Part shown: one piece after another, positions 55,575-64,000 of the stretch
Layout: each line of letters begins with the position of its first letter
Position numbering within the stretch: the stretch's first letter is position 1
Origin: the human T2T-CHM13v2.0 reference genome, Homo sapiens
Direction: 5' to 3' (one strand)
Assembly: GCF_009914755.1 (NCBI RefSeq)
Contig: NC_060941.1
Length of the DNA: 64,000 nt
The notes under the pieces: generated by a model
Database searches by the model: none
What the model was told of the DNA's origin: nothing
Seen by the model: only the letters and a program-made list of their open reading frames with translations
Made by a program: the position numbers and the translations under genes

Positions 55575-58500
55575 TCATGGGGGTCACGGGGTGGTATGTA
55601 TGTGGGGAATAAACTCTAAAGGGGTTGTGAAGTGTCCTGTGGCTGCAGGGGACTGGAGCTACCCTTGATTCTGCACTGATTCTTTCCCAGTGGTGTTCAT
55701 GATGGTCTTGTTAGCTTTGTGTTGTTTACTAAGGCTCAGAGTGGGTGAGGTTATGTGGCCTAACAAGCTCTCAGATTGGGATCCAAGTATGCCTGGACTT
55801 TGGCATCTGTCTTGAGCCAACTGGCTTTGACCCTGATGGATTCAGTAAGTGAGACACTCCCAGGTGAGCCAATGAGGCTCAGGTCCCAACACGGAGGTGT
55901 GTGTGTGCAGGTGAGCTTGGGGAGGCAGGTGGCTGAGGCTTGGGCACGGAGGCTGGACCAGACACAAATGCCTAAAGGGTTTCCAGGGGATACATTCTGG
56001 GATCCAGAGTCAGGACCTACTTTTTGGGAACCACTTGTTCCCCAGCCCCTGCTCTGCCCTGGCTTTGCCGCCCAGGGCTCATGACCTTTCCTTCCCTTCT
56101 GATGTGTTTGTCGCATGTCAGTCTTGCTGGGAAGAAAACAAAGGAGATGCATCCTTCAGCTTTTCCTTGTCACCTGGAGAGGAAGCCTCCAATGTCTTCC
56201 AGGGTGGGGTCTGCCCCAGAGGAAGCCACAGACACTGTGGGTGTCTTCTGGATGGCAGGAGTGACAATGGCAGCAGCAGCAGTCACAGGGACAGCAACGT
56301 TCGCCAGGCACTGTCCTGACCTTACCTCTTTGAATCCTCATCTTGTCCCCAAATAGGTGTTATTAAGCCTGTTTTGCAGATGAGGAAATCAAGGCACAGA
56401 AAGGTGAAGTGGAATGCCCAAATGCACACAATGAGTAAAGATGTGGCCCTGGGAACATCCGATGCCAGCAGCCCTGCTGTCTTCAGCAAGTTGGCAGCGT
56501 CAGGAGCCAGGACATCAAGCCCAGTGGGTACCAGGCTAACTGCTTTGTCTATGTCATGGCCCTGAATCTCCACAACCACCCCACCTAGGGCTGCTATCAT
56601 CTACTGTCTTGGAGTTGGGGAAACTGGGGCACAGAGAGGCAAAGCAACCTGCCCAAGGTCACACAGCAGGTAGGCAGCAGAGCCAGGAATGGGTCATAGC
56701 AGTTGGGACTCTGAAGAGTCCTCGTTCTTAGCTGCTGGGCTGGGAACCCTCTGGGCTCCAGGCCCTGCCGGGAGAGCGGGGCTGCAAGAGGCCAGTGTGG
56801 GCATCTTTGGAATGGTCCCTGTGACAAAGTTCACTCTCTGAATCTTTGCTTCCTTGTAGTCCCTTCTGATGTGGCCAGAGGGAAGAGCAGAGATGCCATG
56901 GAGATAGGCCTGGCCGGTGGAAGGCTGTGGGGAGGAACAGAGGGAGGCTGACCGGGATGCAGCTCTCTCCACTCCGGGAGGCCGTGAGCTCCTACAGCTG
57001 CCTTGGGCTCTGGGCACAGGCCACCTCCTGGGCCTCTCTGGGAACCTGGATGTTTGGACACCCCCATCCTCTGGTCAGGGGTCTTAGGGAGTACTCACTT
57101 TACAGCAGCAACAGCAATAGCAATAATAACAGCATGGCTACCACTTCCTGAGCACTTACTAAGTGCCAGGCACTGCCCTAGGAGCTTACTCCTGGGAGGC
57201 AGGGGCCGTTCCCATTTCCATTTTACAGGGGAGAAAACAGAAGCACAGAGAGGGTGAAAGACTCACTTTCTAGGCCAGCAAGTAGAAGGGCCAGGGATTA
57301 GACTCTATGCACCTGGACCCTTCACTGCTAGGGAAACCAAGGCCAGAGAGAGGAAAGGGCCCACCCTGATGCCCCAGCACTGGAATAGAAGAGCCAGGAT
57401 CAGAAATGCCAGGTGCCATCGAGGACAGAGGAATGAAGGTGGGGTCCCACGTCCCGTGCATGTTCCCTTAGCTCCCTGGGCCTCTTTTTCTCTGTCTGTA
57501 AAGTAGAGATGCTCAGGGCACCTGTGCCAGATAATGGGTTTGAAGATTGATTGAGTTAATGCACACAAAGCATTTAGGAGACAGCCTGCATGGAGTAGGT
57601 GCCTGGTGCAGCCGCTGTCACCACTATGCTGGGGCCCTGGGGCTGTGGTGCCAGCACTGGGTCTCTGGCAAGGCAGTGGGCAGCTGGGACATCCCCACAG
57701 TTTATAAGAGATAGCCTTGAGGCAGGACTCGCTCACCCAAGTCCGGCAGAGAGGACAGCCAGGCTTACATGACTGACTGCTCAGCGTCTACCCACACACC
57801 AACCTGGTGTCCCCTCACTGAGCTCCCTGGCCTGGTTGCCCATTGCGTGGGGCTCAGCCAGGCTGGCCGGCCTGGCAGGACGAGGCATGTGGCTCGAACC
57901 CTTGGGGATGCCCCCTTGGTGGCAGGTAGGGGCTGCCCAGAAGGGATTCTCTGTTTATGGGTGTCACTGGCCAAGAAGCTGGCAGTGCTGACAAATCTCA
58001 TGTGGCCCTCATGCTGTGCAGGGCTCATTCTCAATGCTTTATGCCTAACTGACAGGGCAGGGAACAGCAGCAGCCCATTCTGCAGATGGGAAAACTGAGC
58101 TGAGAGGCAAAGTTCCACAGCTGGTGAGCAGCAGGGACCCAGAGGCTGCACCTTGACCGCCACCTGGTAAGTGGGGTACTTTCATTATTATGAGTTAATT
58201 ACTGGGGAAACGGGCACAGAGAGGAGAAGTGTCTTGCCCAGGGCCACTCAGATGGGAAGGGGTGGAGCTGGGGTTGGAACCCAGGTTCCCCAGCCAGAGG
58301 CTACAGAGGTCCCCTTGCCACCCTCAGCGTAGCCATGCCCCCAGACCCCCCTGCGGCCCTGCCTGTCAGCTCACCTGGCCCTTCAGCATTCACCCCAGGC
58401 CCAGGCTGCTGTGTGCAGTCTCTGATGGGACAATGATCTTCCCAGGCCTCAGGGTGCCCATCTAAGAAATGGCCTTGAAGCCCCAGTCTTGGGGAATGGG

Positions 58501-58924
58501 GGTCTGCAGGTGGCCCACGTGCTGCCCGGGCTCCCTGATGCCCTCCTGTCTCAGCTGCATCCTTCTGGGACTGATCTTGGAAGCATAACGGGGCTGCCAG
58601 GGCCCTGCGGGAGGCCCCTTGCAGCCTCACCTGCCGCCTCTGGAAATGCACGCAGCCCTGTGGGAGTGGGAGGCCCTGCCCACCCTCTGCATCCTCGCCT
58701 CACCCTGCTGTCCTCTTGAGCTGAGTTAGGGATTCGGGGTGCATTCTGCCCTCCCTCTCCCTCCTCGGACCCTTTTCCTCCTTTTGAACTGTCTGTCTCG
58801 CTGCCGAGGAGGAAGCTATTCATAGCCAAGGTGATGCAAAATTCATCAAGTGTGGCTGCTGGGGCCGAGGCTGCCCCTGCGTGTGGCAAGCACACCCCGA
58901 CCACTCAGCACTCTTCCTCTGCAG

Positions 58925-59090
58925 GTGCGAGTGAGTGTGTGACTCTTTTTGAGAGTGTGAGTGTGTGTAAGTGTGTAACTGTGATTGTGTAACTATGAGT
59001 ATGTGCAACTCTGTGTGTGATTCTGTGTCTCTGTGTGAGTGTGTGACTCTCAGTGTGAGTGAGTGAGTTTGTGAGTGTGCGAGTGAGTGC
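58925..59090. repeat. Degenerate (TG)n/(GAGT)n low-complexity tract
   Basis: Directly visible. Confidence 0.9.
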
Positions 59091-60087
59091 GGGGGCACCT
59101 CCTCGGTCCTCTCCCGAGCTGCCTCTCTCCTGGCCTCTCCTCTGGGTCTCCACTCTGGGGACCAAGCTTAGCACAGCTTCTTAGGAGGGAGCAGAGCTGG
59201 TGGCATTAGCCCATGTACTCTTCACGTTCTGGCCAATTCTGGGCAGGGCTTCTTTCTCCCCTTACCTGGATAACAGTTTGTTGTTCTAATTCTCAACAGT
59301 GAGAATTAGACACAACAATGGTCCTTACCTCCGGAGCCCACACCATGAGCCCGGCGTTGTTCTCACAGACTCATTCCATCTTCACAATACCCTACGGGGT
59401 AGTGGGGATTACTACCTGAATTTTACAGGTGGGTAAACTGAGGCACAGAAAGGCTGGCTAGGGCAGCTGGGGCCTGAGGGTGGAGGGCTGGGAGGTGGAA
59501 GAGCTGGGATTTGAACCCCTGTCTGTCAGCTTAATCACCACTGCTTACCCAATGCACCATTCGGTCTCCCTCTCCATTGGACCTGTGGTTAGATCCATAG
59601 ATTGATTGATTGATCGTCTTCCCCAGAGACTCCAGGTGCAGAAAGATTCTGGTGCTGGAAGCTTCCTAGAGGACTGGTCTCTATCCCCTTCCCAGAGCTA
59701 GGTGAGGACCAGGGAGGAGACATGAACTAGCCAGGGAGGGAGGGCCGACCTCACCTGACTCCCCACTCTGGCTCTGCTCTTGGCCACTGCCGGGGCTGTG
59801 GCCACAGGTGTGGCCTGGGTTGGCCTGGCGCCTCCCCTGACGGGGCAGCCAGCCTGAGCCGCATGGGCCGCCCTGCAGAAGCATGGTCTGGGGATGGTAA
59901 TGAACGCAGCAAATGTTTCACTTGCTCTGCTTCTGGGCCCCCGTGCTCAGCGCTCCTCCCTCACAGCAGCCCCGGGGGCGTGGGTGTCCTTCTCCTCCCC
60001 AGCAGGTCCAGATCCAGAGCCCCGCCTCTCAGCCTTGTCTCTGCATGGGCTGCTGTTTCTCCTGTGTCCCTGGTTGGGGATTCCCCC

Positions 60088-60930
<843 letters not shown>

Positions 60931-63900
60931 TGGTGTTTAATGGTTTGTTTTCTTGCTGTCCAAGGCCTTAACAACAGTCCTCATGGTCTCATCCTGTCTG
61001 TGTCTTCCCTCTGGGCTCCCGACCTGCCCATCAGTCCAATCCAAGGCTGCTTTTTGCTCCTCCGTCCCTAAAAACCAGGAGCTCCAGCCAGGGACCCAGG
61101 ATCCCAAGGGACAGGCTCCAGATAAGGAAATCAAGGTTCCCAGGGGAAAAGGGTTTCACCCCACAAGTTGGAGTGGAGCTGGGATTTAACCTCCCCCCAC
61201 CCCGGACCCCTAGGTCTTGGTTCTTTGTGTGTAGCTGCATGTCCCACATGGGGCTATCACTCCCAGAGAGAGCTGGCCACATTCCCAGCATCTCATCTGT
61301 TGGGCGTTGGCTTTCCTGGAAGATCCAGGGCAGGACGTGAGGCTCTTGTATGAAAACAAGCCTCAAGTGGACTCTGCAGCAGAATGCCAGCCTTGCATAC
61401 ACTTCCAGACTCAGTGAACGGCATCCAAGAAATGTCATGGCTTGAACGGGCAGGGACCCCCTGGGACTCCCTTGGCCCAGCCCCCGGCCTCAGCTGCTCC
61501 ATGACATAGAAGTGGGGAAGCTTTGAGATGGCCTCCTCAGGGTGCACTGGGGAGGTCTCTTTGCCGTGTTCAGAACTTGCCCTGGCCTGGGCTCCCCTGG
61601 AGCTCCCTTGAGCTTCTCTGAACCCCTAGGTGACAGGGGAAGAAACCCTCAGATGGGTGATCACGGCCCTTCCTGCCCCTGGCCCCAGGCATTGATGGGG
61701 CTGTGGCATTTGCTTTTCCTTCCTCCAGGGGCCTGGCTCCACTCTGCTTCCCACCCCTCCCACCCGCTACAGAGCAGCTGCGGCCCTGCGATCAATATGG
61801 AGCTGATCAATCTCTCTGTCCCTCTGCTTGGCTGAGGAAGCTGGCAATGATGGCCACCTTGGGACCCCACGAGTGCCCCTGAGACTGTGGCATGTATCAC
61901 CCCCTCAGTGCACAGGTGGGGAAATTGAGGCTTCCAGAGGGTCGGGCCTTCCCAAAGCTCCCAGCAAGTCTGTGGGGTGGGAAGGGCTGGAACCCGCTCA
62001 GCTGGCTCCTCTTTCAGACATCACGTCTGTGACGCATATGGTCCTGGGAGCCCTGTGTCCCCGTGGCCATGCCTCAGGGGTCCTGAAGTGCTAAGCCATG
62101 AATTCATCAAATGTTGACTGAGTGTCTGCTCTGGGTTGGGCAGGCCCTGTGCATCCAGTGATGCCTAAGACAAGGACCCTGCCCTCATGACGGAGCTGAT
62201 GTTCTCATCGGGAGCGGGACAACACTGAGATGTCAGGTGGAAGTGAGCACTGTAAAGAAAAATAAACCAGCGAAATGGGAAGGAAAAGGTCAGGGAAGAC
62301 CTCCTGGAGGAGACAACATTTGAGCAGATGCCTGAAGACAGTGCGGGATGAGCCACGAGATGCCAGCAGGAAGAGCTTTCCAGGCAGGGAGCAGCAGTGC
62401 AAATGCCCTGTGGTCGGCGTGTGCTTGGCACTTAAGAAAGTTGCTTCAGAGCTGGCAGAGCTCACAGGCCTGATCCCTACTGTAGACACTCAGCCTGGCC
62501 TCCATGGATTCATTCCACATACTTTAAACATTCCAACTAGGGGCCAGCATTTTCAAATCTAAGATTTGTTTCCATAAAAAGTCCTGATTTCCAGGCTTTC
62601 TTAAGAAATTGAAACCTAGAGTCAGGAGTGTCCACCCCTTTGGCCTGCCTTATCCACCCTCTTGCTTGAGTCCTGCAAGGGCTTGTGGCTCTGGCAAGAG
62701 GATGTGGTTGGGGCACAGATGGCACATGCATTATCACAGGTTTCTGCTTCTTTATATTCTGTCTGGGTAAAAACATTGGTGATTGAAGCATGGTTGCCAC
62801 CCAACGAGGCAGAACTGAAAGGTCGCTGAACGGTCTTGACCACATTCTCCTGGTTGTCACCAGTTGCTGGCAGTTTGTAGCAATCTCTCCACCTTTGGAA
62901 AGTCGGGGGTGGGTGGGCCACCGCCCCTTGCTGTAGCTGTGCCACCCCTAACTGAAATCTCCGGCAGGTAACTTTGTCACTTGGTCAAGGTCCTCCATGT
63001 CTTTGTGCCTCAGTTTCCTTGTCTGGAGAATGGGGGAAATGAACACTGGGCTGTCTAGCTCAGGACAGAAACAAGAGCAGTCAGGGGCTTTGATGCTTTA
63101 GGGCTAAACATCTTACTTATTTTCAAGTTATGGTGAGAGAGAATGTTCAAGGATGTGCCAGCCCTCAGATTTCAGCAAAACCCAAGCTGGCATTCAGAGC
63201 CTCTGAGGTCTCAGCATGGACACACCCAGTGTCCGTCCCTTCCTTCTCCTTCCCCTCTGGGGCCCCAGCCACCTGGCTTTATCTCCCACTCTGCACCCAC
63301 TCACTGTGCGACTCATGCTTTTGAGCACCTGTTGCAGACCAGGCCCCTGCTAGGATGAGTGGCAGGCTGTGGTTTGAGCAGGCCCCTGGGGACGGGCCTG
63401 CTGCAGGCCTAGCTGTGCTCCCATCCTAGCCTGTCAGGTGGGCCCCATCCCACCCCCATGGGCCCCTGCTCTGACCCTCAGGTCATTTCCCAGTATCCTT
63501 TGCCCTCAGGCTTCTGCGCTTGGTGGTGGGGGGGGAAGGGGGCACATCTCTCCTTATGTCTCTCCTCGGATGGCCTCCTAGCAGCGGCCACCTGCCCCCA
63601 CCAACCCCATGGCTCCAGACACCCCTGCCGAGGCTCCAGCTCCCTTCGCATGAACACAGCCCCTGGGACTGGTGACCCTGTTGTTTTCTTCCCTGCCTCC
63701 AGCCTGGGATGGCGGCTTCCTGCTGATTTCAATCCTGGATTCCTCCCCAACCCGTTTAGCTCTCAGAGCCTTTATCACAGTGTGACCAGCTCCCTAGACA
63801 CAGTTCTCTCTGTTGGAGAGAACTGGAGGGCTTCTTTTTCCTGGCTGGATCCTGCCTGATTCCGTGGCCATGTCCTGACTGCACAGATCAGAGTGGTCTG

Positions 63901-64000
63901 GCTGTAGGCCTCTTACCTTGCCTGAATCATGAGCTTCCTGAGGGCGAGGACTGATGGGCTTCTTCCACAGTAACAGACTCAGCTTCGAGGAGGCCTCAGT

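Overview
Primate (almost certainly human) genomic DNA with a mosaic, pericentromeric segmental-duplication structure. No intact protein-coding gene is present. Bases 1-~13190 are AT-rich and made of old L1/LTR/Alu debris. They end in a ~0.8 kb CpG-rich tandem repeat (unit ~GCTTTTTGCCCCCGCCGCCGCG, 11260-12075) and a ~450 bp polypurine tract. At ~13190 the sequence switches abruptly to a GC-rich block: an unprocessed, partial duplicate of MAP2K3 (MKK3). It starts inside intron 1 and has three candidate 5'UTR exons of the short isoform plus coding exons 2-9 with GT-AG boundaries. It carries P40T, R55T, S68P, R94L, R96W and a nonsense Q102* (TAG 23734-23736) and lacks exons 1 and 10-12. It is most likely one of the 17p11.2 MAP2K3/KCNJ12-family paralogous duplications (location inferred, not shown by the sequence). 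The remainder is intergenic, rich in Alu, MIR, L1 and MaLR elements. It includes a CpG-retaining promoter-like region (~37.2-38.5 kb) and a three-level nested insertion: a tailless 5'-half tRNA-Ile retrocopy with target-site duplication, inside a MER39-like LTR, inside a MER21-like LTR. I cannot demonstrate a wholly new biological system. Comparisons to reference MAP2K3 and repeat subfamily names are from memory and need alignment to confirm.
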